From the NCBI GenBank assembly GCA_040954595.2, contig CM082598.2:558001-622000 (forward strand): a stretch of DNA of 64,000 nucleotides, written 5' to 3'. The DNA is from Balanoglossus misakiensis (lineage: Eukaryota; Animalia; Hemichordata). A program made the position numbers and the translations under genes. Below the pieces are notes generated by a model. The model was given only the letters and a program-made list of their open reading frames with translations. It did no database searches and was not told the DNA's origin. Numbering within the stretch: position 1 is the first letter of the stretch; each line of letters opens with the position of its first letter. This document shows positions 13,035 to 27,068 of the stretch, piece by piece.

Positions 13035-16000
13035 ATGGAGAGACATCTTGGGAAGGACCCAGAGGCGTATGAAAAAGAGTACGGTTCCTTCATGGAAGAC
13101 CTAAAACGTTTTCATGCAGCAAAGGGGTGAGTTAACTTTTCCGGTAACATATCTAAACATTGGGTCATTTTCCCAATTTCTGGTATCGGAACTTGGTCAA
13201 TAGCAAAGTTAAATCTCTGATTTCCTTTAATGGATTTCGCAGGACTCCAATTTACAAGTTACCACCGTTTGATCGGAAAGAATTGGACCTGTATTTGCTG
13301 TATAGTAAAGTGACTTCCATGGGAGGTTTTACGAAGGTTGGTAAACCATTTCCTAAATTTTCATCGCCTGTTTATTGTTGTTATTGCTCACGCCGGCGAC
13401 AATTTTGTCTCCGAAGACAATTTAGAGTGTTTTAAATGCATTGTGTTGAAACACGTGTATATATATTATGAAGTTTTGGAGCAAAATTGGCGTCGATCGT
13501 TGTTATGCCAATGCAGTCAGATCGTCTCGCTCGTATTCGGGGTGTCTTTACGATTTCTTTTCAAAAATCAGCTGTTTGCACGAGTTAGGTTTTCATTCGC
13601 TCCGTTTCCTTTTCAAATCTCGCGCCTGCACTTCGATTTGTAACCCTTTCCTGTAAGAAATGTATAATTTATCGCATTATATCATCATTTCGCGTATTCG
13701 GGGCTGTAATATTTGTAAAGTGAACACCATATTGGTCATATTTTAGGGGTTGCCTTTGTTTCAGATGTTCGTGTTGGCAAAAGTCAGCTCGCATCTATGT
13801 GGGTGTTTGTGTTTTATTATAAAACTGGATTCGCGTACTATTATTGTTGACATTCGTCTAAGTCATTCACGGATAGATTGTGCATATGATTAACACAAAT
13901 TGCATCGGGATGTTGTGAAAAAAAGACAATGTGCCAAAAGAGGGACTCAAATTTTATTCTGTTTTATGTAGGTTACTGAGGATTATAGATGGGAAGAATT
14001 GCTTGAAGTATTGGGGATATCAAAAAGCTGCAGTCAAGCTGCATTTAAACTCCGTCAGTTTTATCTCAGGTAAGTCCACATATTTGTCATTTTAACCCAA
14101 TAACTTTGATTTGTGTGATTCTTGAGATGAATGTGAATAAGGGTATATGTATGGGTGTGTCAATTTCTCAATGATTTCCTGTGTATGTCTGGTAGAAAAA
14201 TGGGTTAAGTAATTACACTTCCTCATTCAGAAATGTAAATGATCTTTTTTTTGGAGCACAGGGGTAGTTTCATAAGCTCAAGGAAAATAGTTTATCTTAC
14301 ACCATCGTCTCTGTTCAATATTTCGGTGATATCCGTTTCTTGTAGACAGATATCTCTGAACATATTGAATGATATGTACGTTTTGTTTTGTAACATTTAT
14401 AATCTAGAGAAAAATATACATTGGCACTCAAAAGAAACCTGTTTACAAAATTGAGCAGTCTCCAATTATCAAACATAATTTTGTTCTGGTATAAGAAGAT
14501 TGCGTTCTCTCTAAGCCATATAAGGGACTGGTAAAAGTTAAAATGATGTTGTATGATGTCAATTTCACATGCCACAATTTTTACTTCAGAATATTATTGA
14601 TTTCTTCATTCACACCAGATGGCACTGTTAGTTTGAAAACAAAAACTTCTGGTTGTACTGTTGCCTTAATACATTAGCGTATACATCTTGGACCAAAGAT
14701 GGTTCAAAAGTTATTTCATGTGTTTAGGGGCTGGCAGGGGAGGGGTGCATTGATCTTGCCAATTTGGCTGATCCTGGAATCAGGGTTTGATTGAAGTCGT
14801 AATTCTCAGATACTAGCAATAGTTGGCAGCCCAACTCGTTGTGACTGTTCAAATATTAATTCAGGACAAAAGTAATGATGTTTTGCTCTGCACATGTCTA
14901 GATATCTTTGTTTTTTGCTGTCTAACAAACGTTTGTTTTGAAAGTCAGTGTGGGTTTTAAGTTGAAACAATACTACATATTGGAATGGTGAAAGTGGGTC
15001 ATCATGGCTTGTATTTGAAATAGACAATATATAAATAAAGATTTATTTGTGATATTGATGAAAGAACATCATGCATTTTTCCACTACAAGTTACACTGTT
15101 GAAATTATGAGCATGTGTTGTTGAAACATACAAATTTAATTAATAATGAAAGGTTTGGTCGTTTTTACCCTCTAAACATCTACGTCCAGGTTTCATGGCT
15201 GCTTTATAAATCTTTGATCAGTATTTCTGCTGTAGAAATGTTTTGGCAGATGGGCTTTCTATGAAAGGGCCCCGTAGGCTGAAATATACATTTCTGCGTT
15301 TTGAAACTAAAATGAAAAATAGTACATAAACAAAATGATCTTGAAGCATTTCTAGTGATGCACAGATTCAAATAAAGGTTTCAAATGATCAGATGATGAC
15401 AGTCTAATGTGTGAAATAAGCAAAGAATATGATTTTAAGTGGTATGGGGTATAACTCGTTGAATTACTTAAAAAATGATTGAATACCACCAGCACGTGAC
15501 TAACAGGTGTCTAGCTTTTGTTGAAAGTGTTCATTGCCAGATAATGAGCCCCTATCTTTTAACAGTCAGAGGTTTAGATGACTATTTGCATTACAATAAA
15601 GGTTTGAATATTCACACGTTTGTTGCTGATTGTGTTGGTGTGATGCGAGGTAGGCAACACTCGTTTCGAGCAGTTGCTGGTACGCTGGTATGCAATGAAG
15701 TTAACTGTTCAAACTTGTGCATCAGATTAATTGGAAAAGGGCTTTTGCAGTAGCTCTGCTCATATCCTGATATTTGTGACTAGAGAAATCTACCAGTCAA
15801 ACAGAAGCACCAACTTGCAGTGTTGCAGTCAAATATCAAAGCATATGTCAGTGGGACAGTTTTACTTATTTGTAGCAGTTTCACAAGGTTGCTTTTGATT
15901 GGTCAATTGCTTTATCAACTCACTTCAAACAGGTGCACAGCATCTGGGAATAAAGGTGCTTCACATTGACCTTGGATTTTAACTGCTTTAAAAACTTTAG

Positions 16001-19000
16001 TTAAGTAATGGTCAGATGGGCAATAGTTGGATCATCTGATCTATGTGTGTGTGCACACACGCATGTATGTATGTATCATGTGTGTATGTACACATACATG
16101 TACACAATTACATTTGAATTGTACAGGTACTCTGAATACATATGTGTCAATTCCTGCAGAAACACGACTGCTATGTGGTGACCTCTGAGATACCTTTCTC
16201 GGTCTATACATGGCTATTCTTTCCTCGCACCATGCTTCAGTAAGGTTCTTGTAAAGAAATCTGGGTCAGACGCTAACTGTGTCTGGACTTGTTCACGAGA
16301 AGATACTGTGACCCTTTTGTGTTGGTATGCATGGCACATCTCGTCCACTGTAAATAAATATTCTGAAAGAATTCTGAGAGTAACTGTGAAAAGTTGTATG
16401 TTTTCGTCATTTGTTAAAATATTAATTTGCTTAACCTTCAACAACAATTGCTCATCTGTTTTGATTGAGTGTGATGTATTGGGTTTTGGAAGTTCCTAGT
16501 GTTTAATGGCCAAAGGGGCAGCAAATGAATAGCCATGAAGTAGCAAATAAACAGTGATCTGACCTCTCGTCGGTGCAAAGCCTTGAATGTCTCACTCTGG
16601 AGTACAAAGCACACACCTGTGTATATGCGTGTCTCATTTCAGTCTGATTTGAGTATTAGGGAAAATTGAAATTGATAAGTTTTTATATTTGCTTACTACA
16701 CTCCTTTAATACCCTTTCACCGCCATGGTTTGGTCCAAATCCATTGTTCTCCATGGTAAAGTTAGACATATGTAGAAGGAACTGGGGGTGAAAGGGTTAA
16801 TGAAGACAGGGTTGTTGAACCTCTCAGTTAGGGGCGGTGCTGGGAGAAGTTTGGGGCGGTGCAGCCAAAGCTGGATAGGCTTGGACTTGCACTGTACTAC
16901 AGTAGGCACACACGCTCATGCGTGTGAACATACCCCCTCCCCCTCTGTCTTGTAATGGAGTCTTCTAATTGTGTGTGACCTGATTGTTAGCTGGGGGGGG
17001 GGGGGGGTCACATAAAATGAACATTGTTCGCAGGTCAAAGTATTTGTAGGAAATGGATTGGACTGAAAGAGATGATTTGTGTATTTCACATTGAAAACTA
17101 AAGACATCCAGTTGACTTTTCCACTCTGTGAATATAATTGAACAGGAATGATAATATGTCCGTCTGAATTCATTGGCAAATGGTGTAATTTTACAGTGAA
17201 TAGGTACTTAAACGTAAAGAGCAGTGAACCTAGAAAATGTTCATATTTATGAAATACGTGCATGTTGAAGCAACAAGGATACGTTGACCTCATAATATAT
17301 GTTACCTTGAAATATTACATGATCGTTTTCAGATCGTTTACAATGCATGTCTGCCGAGTCAACTCAAGGTCATATTTTTTTAATTCAGGCTTTTGGTGTC
17401 CGTGAGGAGTGTGTCTATTTCATTAAAGTTTTAAAATCATTCTAAGCAACTTAAAAATATAGATATCATTACAGCTATTATGCAGTCTGACAGTTTTGGT
17501 AATATAAGGCTGGCTTACCTAGTATCTAAGGTAGCAACCTTTTGAGTTGAGTGAATCATGGGTTTCTACAACAGCATTCGGGTGTTGTTTATTTTTGATG
17601 TCCTTAGAAAGAGGTCAGTTGCACTGTACCTTGTATGAGCTTATCTGTCTCGTTGCCCATGCTGATAAGATAGTAAGATGTGGTTATGAAATTGAAGTCT
17701 GGAATCTGATGAGGGTTGGTGGTTTCCGATGAGTTGCAACTTGTGTCATGTGATACATCAAGAAGCGTGTCATGTGATACATCAAGAAGCCACACAAGAC
17801 ACGTTTATCCATTCCTATCCCTCTCATACACTGACTTGTATTCATTTCTACCCATGTAGGTATCTGGAATTATACGAAAGAATCAATCATTTTGGCGAGG
17901 ATGCTGAAGAGGTTCTTCAGTCCAGAGGTTCTAGACCGTCAACACCAATTAGTGGAGTATCATCCAGTTGCTATGGATACACACAATATAAACACGGAAT
18001 TCCAGGTAAGTGATTTTTTGATACACTGAGGAAAATGTTTCCTTATTTTTCTGTTTCATCTCTCAGGATGGATAACTGAGGGGTGTTTGTCAAGCACTGG
18101 TTTTCATGTGTGTTGATATTAAGTGACAGCCACTTGTAACTTTTGCACGATGTCCCAGTAGAAGTTTAATTCTCATTATGCACTGTCTGTGTTATATGCT
18201 TCCGTTGAAAATAATTGGTTTATTGGTCACAAAGCCTGTAGATCTTTGTGTGAAATCAAGTTGCCTGTGTATTGATATGGTAATAGTGGTGGCTGTCATT
18301 GTGAAGACAGGTCTTGTTCTTTAGGGATAATCATCTTAATGAAGACTTCCTACTTTTTTTGTTCCATCGCTTTGATAATGGGCGTGTGACTGTAGTTTCT
18401 GTCCAGACATGTTTCTAAAACGGGATACGAGGGAAGATTATGATCGCACTAAATTAGAACTTAATTGATGACTATTCCATCAACAACAAAAGTAAACGTT
18501 CATTGTGGTTGCCTACAACAGTTATTTTCAAAAACCATGCGTTTCTGATCATGTTTCCCTCTAAATACATGTTCAAGGCCTCAGGAAGTTTTTTTTTATC
18601 TCCGGAAACTGGCTGATCATTTGCAAATGAAACACTGAAACATTGTCACATGATTTCTGTACAAGACCTGGATAGTGAGACCTACGTGAAAGATGTTTTT
18701 ATCCAATATAATCAAAGAAATGTCATTTTAAGTTTGATAAATATTAAATCTGATGGAATTGTTGGCATTTATTAATAATAAGTATGCTTTCTTGCAGATG
18801 CAATACGACAAAGTTGTGGTTTGTCCTTGGATAGGCCGACTTTGACGGACTACGATAAATTAGTGCAGTCGTTACAGTGTGGTTTACCGAATGAATTGGA
18901 CTTTGCTATCAATGTGTGTACATTGTTATCCAATGAAAGTCGGCATGTTTTACACCTGGAGAAAAATACAGCCATTATAGATTTGCTGTTGGCGCATATT

Positions 19001-22000
19001 GGGATCTTTGGTGATGGTAAGTCGAGCGAGGTTCTCAACTTCTTGTTTCCATTGTACATTTTTGTAAACTCTTACCAGGGTTAATACCATTTATTTTTGC
19101 TGGGTTCTCTTTGATGTATCAATCAGTCATACATCACGACAGTATAGTCTGTCATTGATTAATGTTTCTAAACCACTTTTGCATCGGTAGGTGTCGATAG
19201 TTACTTGGAACTTTACAAAGAAGAGTGGACGTCAAGAAGCAACCGAGACTACCTTCAATTTTGGTACGATACCGTACGAGATCTCACCATCCAAGAAATT
19301 ATTGAACCACAGTCAGATGCGAAGAGTAAGTAGACAATTCTTACTTGACACACATCAGTTTGTTAAATGAACCTTTATAAACCAGACACCTCTGCAAACC
19401 GAACAATATTCTCAGTTCTGTTAGGTGTCTGGTTTAGAAAGGTTTTACTCTACATGGCAGAAGTATCTTAATACCTGTTTATTGTTTTGTGCAGGGAATA
19501 CCTGTTACTATGAAGTTCTGAGTCGGACGTCGAGATCACTAGGTGTGAATGATACCGAGGGACAGAGAATACTTCAGGTAACTTCTTCATCCTGCCACCC
19601 CTCTTTTCCCTATGTATTGGTCCAACCGTGCCATTTAAACAATAAGATCAAAGCACACTTCACTCATAAAAAGGGTATATCTTGGTGTCAAGTGTCGGAT
19701 TATTTTTCCCTCAACTTACATGCAGTGTGTTTTCCTCCCCAGATTGCGATAATACTTCGGAATTTGTCCTTTGAAAACCACAACATTCCAGTTATGTCAA
19801 CAAGTTATCAGTTATTTCGTTTCCTGTTGCTGTGTGCAAACAATACTTGCTCATCGTTGAAACAAATTGGATTAGACACTCTAGGCAATATTTCACATCA
19901 GGTGAGTGCGAGAGCGCCCTCAAGAGGTCACATTAACATTTTTTTGTATGAATTTTGACACGTTTATCTAAAATCTGCATCAAACTCCTTTCAGTCTGTG
20001 TCGCAGTATTTCCTAGTTTGGTTAGAGCAAATTATGTCTCCACATTAGTTGAACAATATTCAATCATTTTTGGAGTCTTGGCTTTCAGAATTTCTGTCGT
20101 TAAAGCCTCAAGCAGGCAGAAGTACTTAGACTTATTATTCAACTCGTATCTGATGTGTTCTGTTACAGATTTTACTAGATCCAGTGGACTTCCGCAGTAC
20201 GCAGTTGATGTTCCATACAATATGCAAATGTTTACGGGACAAAGACAAGTTTGCTATGCTCAGAGGTAAGACACTTGTACTGAACTGTGTGATAACATTT
20301 GATATAACAATGTTTTCTGTTTGGTATTTATTTTAACAGTTTCACTGATGGCAGCATTTTTCTTCTAACACATTACAGGTATGGAAATATTAGGGAAACT
20401 CAGCCAACAAGAAGACAACGTAGAAATAATCTGTTCTCATCTGGAATCTGGAGTCTATGCTGACATTGTGTCTGTCTTGACTATCCAAGATATACAGGTA
20501 CGTGCTCTCTTCACTTTAACCCTTTCACCCCCAGTTCCCTCTTTAGATGTTCACAAATGTTTTTGCAACATTGACTGAGTTGTTTGTATTTTAACTTGAC
20601 CTACAGCTCTTGCTAGGTGCTCTGGAAGTTCTGTATCAACTGTCGGAGTTGGGTGAAGTCACGTGTGACAATATTGTCGAAGTACACAAGTGTTTAGGTA
20701 AGTTTGTCATTCAGTCAGCCTCTGCCTGGACTAGTTGGTGAAATCTTGGAATTGGGCGGGACTCACATCACTTGATGTTTATGAATGAATATGGAAAGAT
20801 TATCCAGGCATACTTGAAGTATTTCTGTCTGTGAATGACTGTTCTTGTGTTTCAAAATCATAGTAACTAAATGTCTGTGTGTAGCCAAGTAGATTTGAGA
20901 TGACTATGTCCTTAACATAATGACTCTATTTCTGTTGTAGACATGTTGGTGTGCCTTGTAACACTGGACGCTAATTTTCTGGGTGCTGATGCTTTTATTG
21001 GCGTCAAGGTTGTTGAGCACGCGCCCCACGAAGCATTACACTCATCCATGGGAATCAGTGGAATGAATTTGCCCAGACCACAGCCACAGATAACACCACC
21101 ACCTCCACCACAATCTCAACTACCTCAACATACTCGTAAGTATTTATATTCTCCCCAAGAGTCTCATATGGCTGAAATGGCGTGTCTTAGCGTTCTAAAG
21201 AACACATGGTGGCGCTCTTTTTTACGCGTGTACCACCCACTGAAAATCTGTGATTGGCTAGATCTCAAGTTTACCGTAGTAACTGTAGCTAAACTTCCAT
21301 AGGTGGCAGTATACCTTTAATTGAAGAGAATTGTACATTGTGTTTCAGGACAAAACACAGTGCCTAATCTGGTAGCAGCTCCTGCACCACAGGGTACAAG
21401 AGAAATCGACAGTGAAGCATTTACTTGTCAGTGGTAAGTATACACTGACTGTGATTTGTAAATTTTGTTTTACTGTTGTTATACACTCTCTCATATCTTG
21501 AACCGGTCCTCGTATCTTCATGAGATCTGTGATCAGTTGCTGGTGGATGTTTTGTGCTAAATTGTACATCAATTATTTTTCTTGTCCTATTTCAGGTTGA
21601 ATGCTGTTTATGAAGTCTTTCCAGAGACCTCAATCGCAAGGATAGATCTGTATGCTGATTACTTGGCAGCTTGTAGCAAACTTGCCAGAATGGGAATATT
21701 AACATCAACGAATTTCGGCAAATGTGTCAGGTAAGGAAAGATGGTGGCATATGTGACTAGAGCCATTGACTGTTTGTATAATTGGGAATTTAAGAATGTG
21801 TCTTCATACACATTCCACCCTCTGAACGATATGCAGAGTTTGGTGTTCATGTTTTGTGTGGTGTTTCCTTATACATGAATCAGGAGATTGCTGCTTTTGA
21901 TGTGAACATAAGTTTCATTAATTTCATGTGGTGGTTTTCAAGTTACAATGTATTAATGTGTTTGAAATCTTCTTTGTATACAGAACCGTATTTCCGCACG

Positions 22001-25000
22001 CTGGCAACAAACGGGTGGAAACTGAAAATGGACAGTGTCAATATCACATCGTGGGCATCCGTAAGAGACCGATACCTTTACCCATCCACACTCACATGCA
22101 GCAGCAAAGTCATCAGCAGCAGAACGTTCCGTACCCAGGACGGGTCGCTACACCACCAAGATCTTCTGCGCTAATCAACGTCATGCCGAGAGCTCACAAC
22201 CCTAATGTACCTTCACCTCCAGTCACTCCCAGCCCGCCACCAACACGGCAAATCATGCAGCAAGTGATGCAGCAGAGGTCGCAGCAGATGATGCAGCAGA
22301 AGTCTATCAGTCGTCCCACGGTCACTAGCCAGGGCGCTGTTATACCTTCTCATCTGTCGCAGGAGATGGTGACTTCGCAACAACAGCAACAACAACAGCA
22401 GATGCAAAGAATGCGATTTATTCAACAGCAACAACAACAACAACAACAGCAGCAACAGATACAGCAACAACATGTAGCTCAGCCACAGCAAGTGCAGAGA
22501 CCAACAAGTTTGCCTGACGCTGCAAGAAAGCAGTCCGCCCAGACAGCAGCTCAACAGATCTTGATACAGAGGTCAGGGGTCATGCCATATCCCCAGGAGA
22601 GAAGTCCATCTCCATCATCACTCTCTGGCCAGGCTCCGTCCCCTCATCTGTCGCCTGGCGTGTCGCCCACGGCAACAACACCGCCTCCACTGCCGGGTGC
22701 TGAGAATTCCAACGAACAGTCCTCTCAAAAGCTTGGTGGAATATTGCAGCAGCACTTCCAAACATCACAGCAATTAGAGCCTGTCAAACCACTGCCAAAC
22801 CGACCTGTGGTCACCTCACAGCAACAGCGATTTCCGTCATCAATCCAGGAAGCTCTCCTTGCACCAGCGCCCACATCGTCATTACCAATGAGAACACCAC
22901 TGCCAAATTCACCCAATTTAAACATGTCGAATAACACGCAGGGAAATCAAGGCAGTGCGTTTAACAACCAACAGAGGCCGTCTGCAACACAGACAACAGA
23001 TTCTCCGCTGATCAAACAACTTTTGCAACAGCGAGCTCAGCCAACATCAAATGATCAGCAGTATATGAGACCACCGCCACCATACCCTAAGCAGCAGCAG
23101 CAAGGAAATGTGCAGCAGCATTATCAGCCAGGATTGCCTCAGCAACAACAAGTGATGCAGCAGCAACCACAAGTCATGCAGCAAAATCTGCAGATGCAGC
23201 ATCCGCAAATGCAACAGCAACAGCATCTGCAACAACATCCGCAGATGATTCAACAGCAGGTGCAACACTCTCAGATGCAGCAACAACCGTCGCAGGTCGT
23301 GCAGCAACATCCACAGATACAGCAACATCTTCAGATGCAACCACAACAACAGATGCAGCAACCACAGGTCTTTCAACAACCTATGATGCAGCAGCAACAG
23401 CCAGTGATGCAACAAGGGCAGCTGATGCAGCCAAACATGCAGATACCACAGCAGCAGTTCCAGAACCAGCAAAGCATGATGCAGCAACCACCACAGATGC
23501 AGCAGCAGAATCTACAGCTACCGCAGATGACAATACAACAACAAAATATGCAACAGCAACATCCACAGATGCAGCAAAGTATGCAACAGCAGACACAGAA
23601 TGCGTTGCCCCAGCAAGTGCAACTGCAACCTCAACAACAAGTGTTACAGCAACAAAACCTGACTCCAGTCTCACAGGGACAGCAATGGAATGCACAGCAA
23701 CAAAACTGGCAACAAAATGCAGCTGTGGTGACAACTGTGTATCAAAACCCAGGCGTTGCTGTTTCTCAACCGCAGCAGCCCAACAGGCAGATTTCCAGTC
23801 CAGCTTTTCAAACTGCAGCACCCCAGCAGTATCAGGGAGATGCAAGCCAAGGTAGGGGTGAACAGAACGCTGCAACTCAGAGTTGGCAAACAAAGCCTCA
23901 ACCCACACCACCACCACCCCCACACCAACAACAACCAGCTCTACCATCTGGTGGTCAGAACGTGACAGGGAACCAGTGGATCAACCCAGCATGGCAGAAC
24001 AACCCACAGAGGCCTGCAACGCCTCTGAGCCCAGGTGTAAACAGACCTCCTACGCCAATCAGTCCAGGTATAGGCAGACCGCCAACGCCAATCAGCCCTA
24101 ATGTAGTCCGGCCACCACCACCTCCATACAATGCACAGTCACCAAATCGGTTAATCGGCAGTAATAAATTAACACCATCGAAGCAGAAAAAGTCACCAAG
24201 AAGTTCACCACGGAGTTGTTCTCCAAGATCGACAGATAGCACAACAATGATTTGTGGCAAAGAAGAACAAGCAAAAGACATCATTGGGACTGTCTTCCAG
24301 TTGGAGGATAAGGAGCAGGTGATCGAGCTTGTAGAAAATGTGGCTGCCCAGCAGGAAAAGGCTCTGAATTTGCAGGAAGCTGGGAACGCACCTGGTGAGG
24401 TAGCCAATGCCAATGCGAACTCGCTGAACAATCAGGCGAAACAAGGCAGGGTTGAAAACGACGGCACTGAAATAGCTGCGTCTGGTGAGGATAAGGAGCA
24501 CACAATTGAATTGGTGGAAAACAGGGCGCTTTTCCAAGGAAAAGAGAAAGTTGAGGCCATGGAGGTGGAAGAGAAAAGGATAAATGATGATGATGATGAT
24601 GATGAGGAGGAGGAGGAGGATGAAGATGATAATGATGATGATGATGATGATGTTGATAGTCTTCACAAAGAGGAAAGTGAAGCTGATATTTCAGAGAAGA
24701 AAGAAGAAGTTGATGACACAGAGAGGCTGAAAACGAGGAAAAAGGCTGTGCTTGTCAACGGACCAAAGGAAGGTGAAGTGATCGGGGAAGAGAAATTTCC
24801 GGTTGTGTCCAGAGAGATTGTGAAAGAAGTGTTGAATAAACGACTTGTGAATGACACCATTGTGAACGGATACTGTGATGGAGAGAAGTTCAGAATCAGC
24901 CAGGATAAGAAAGATGCAATTGTTGGAAGGGTAGAAAACGCAACCAAAGATGTTCCCATTGTAGAGGGTGATAGCAAAGATGCACTTCATAAACAAATTA

Positions 25001-27068
25001 ATAAAGAGAAGCAGAAAAATGGACATCTTGAACAAAATGGACTTCTCACCTCTCCCCCCAGTGGGAAAAACAACATTCCAAGCACCAAATCCAAATCAGC
25101 CAATCAGAATGCATTTTACAGGGATATAAGAGAACATCTGCCAATAGGGGCAAACCTGTCCCTGGCATCCAGCGATGTATCATCCGGATCTGTCAATCAG
25201 ACTCAAGGAACCAATCAAATGGCAGACAACCAGGCACCGGTACCATCTTCAGCAGCCAATCAGAACACTATGTTGGTGGCCAATCAGACTACAGTCTCCG
25301 AAAATGGAGACAGTTTATCTCAGGGAAATAACCAAGAGCCATCAAGTGATGGACAATCAAAGGCAAACCAGCATGCAAATAATCCAGGTGTAAATGACTC
25401 AACATCTATTCAGGAACCAATAAAGTTAGAGAGTACAAATGTTCAGTCTAATCAAGTGAAATGTAAGCCAATCAAGAGATCTAGTGAAGAACCAAATGAC
25501 TCAGAAATTCCGTGTAAAATAAACGCTGTGGAAGAGAACGTGAACAGTGAAATCTGTGATGAGAAACACAGCAGTATAGCAATAGGGTCAGCACAGACAA
25601 AGGCTGTGAAACAACCGACTCCATCAAACACTCCTCCAGTGTCAGTTGCCCCGGAAACCAAGGTACCACAAGGCATCTATGTGTGTGGATGGAGTAACTG
25701 TAACAGGTACGGGTAGATTTTGTTATCATAGTAGTTTGCTATCTACCTATGAATAGTTACAGGGCTGATGAACAATCTTGCTTTAAGTTCTTCACCCTTT
25801 CACCCCCAGTTCCCCCTTTAGAGGTCCAACCTTTCCATAGAAAACAATGGGTTTGGACTGAACCATGGTGGTGAAGGGGTTTATTTCCGTGAATCTCATG
25901 TCTTTGATTTGTTCTGTATTGCAGTGTGTTGGAAAGTGCCAAAGGTCTGTACACCCATGTATGTTTTGCTCATTGTTCCAAAGACAACTTTGAAGGTGTT
26001 TGTTTGTGGGAAGGTTGTGACAGAATACGAAGGCAGAGGTGGTCTTGTGTCAGCCATATACAGGTGAGTTTGTCTGCAGTAAATGTTAGTTGCTTAATTA
26101 CTAAAATTTGATGATAATGACTTGATATCAATGGAGAATATTCGTGTACTAGGGATCGTGCCTTGTATAAGATTGAGAAGTCGTTATTGAATGTCATAAA
26201 TGAAATATGTATTCATGTTCTTGTGGGTAAGAAATATTAATGAAAGTAATTTTGTACACAGGAGAAACACTGTAATGAACAAGCATTGAAAGAGGCTGCA
26301 GCAAAACGAGCTGAGAGAGCAGCAAGGGGAGCTCCATCCAACGAAACCGCGAATGCATCAACTCAGCCACTTGTGTATAATGCACACACAGCATTCCATG
26401 CGATCAGAAGAAGTCTTAACGTACCAACTCTGAAGGAACTCTTGGTAAGGATTCTTAAAATCAAAGTGTAAAACGAGTAAGCAGTTGGGCTTCTTGTGTG
26501 GTGATATTGGTGATTTCGAAAAGAGTGCGTTGGCATGCTCCAAGTGAAACCCAAATGTACTGAATACACTGTCATTAACAAGCACTTTCTACAATATAGA
26601 GTCATGATTATTACCGATGATAACTTGTTAGGTTATTTTTGAGAGATGGGTAACTTTTGAATCACCTATTTTCATATTACAGGGAGAGAATGAAGGCCCT
26701 GTAACCAAAAGCATTCGCATAACAACAGCACTTATTCTGAAAAACTTAATTCGATATTCCAGTACTGCAAGACGGTAAGTTGTCAGTTCATTGCATGAAT
26801 GTTTAATTTTGAAATACTTAGCTAGATTTGATTATTTTCACTCAATAAATAGACAGTAATTGAGAGGACGAAACTGATTTCCCAGTGTGTTTTTACATCA
26901 AAACTTTGTTGAATTACTTGCAGGCAAATATCCCGCTACGAACGCCATCTTGCCAACCTCGCCTTGAGTAATTTAGAAGCTGCTATTACTGTCTCCAAGT
27001 GTCTTGGTGAATTGAACTATCAGAAGGAACTAGAAGAAGAACATCAGAGAATGCTTACAAGGAGGTGA
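13035..27068 (+). CDS. ARID2: AT-rich interactive domain protein 2 (BAF200/BAP170, PBAF subunit), 19 exons, ~2009 aa
   Basis: Exons 13035-13126, 13243-13336, 13972-14069, 17860-18005, 18798-19016, 19191-19325, 19495-19577, 19743-19901, 20169-20265, 20379-20497, 20607-20697, 20941-21135, 21349-21433, 21596-21730, 21984-25706, 25925-26063, 26262-26444, 26683-26774, 26924-27068 (6030 nt, in frame). N-terminal ARID ([20 protein letters not shown]...LRQFYLRYLE), [32 protein letters not shown]-type winged helix (WLNAVYE...), two C-terminal C2H2 fingers (CGWSNC; CLWEGC..RQRWS), [19 protein letters not shown]. Confidence 0.96.
16706..16800 (+). mobile_element. ~90-bp piggyBac-like MITE (family A), ARID2 intron 3
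   Basis: ttaataccctttcac...gtgaaagggttaa; same internal sequence as 10406-10498. Confidence 0.75.
17743..17790. repeat. Perfect 24-bp tandem duplication
   Basis: gtgtcatgtgatacatcaagaagc x2. Confidence 0.9.
20516..20553 (-). mobile_element. Family A MITE fragment (one end), ARID2 intron 10
   Basis: ttaaccctttcacccccagttccctctttaga is the reverse complement of the family A right end. Confidence 0.65.
25791..25883 (-). mobile_element. ~90-bp family A MITE, reverse orientation, ARID2 intron 15
   Basis: ccctttcacccccagttccc...ccatagaaaacaatgggtttggactgaaccatggtggtgaagggg is the reverse complement of the 16706 copy. Confidence 0.75.

Noticed and set aside
22213-25729. Numerous minus-strand ORFs (Leu/Ala/Val-rich) over the large ARID2 exon
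   Set aside because: Antisense shadows of CAG/CAA- and GAT-rich coding sequence
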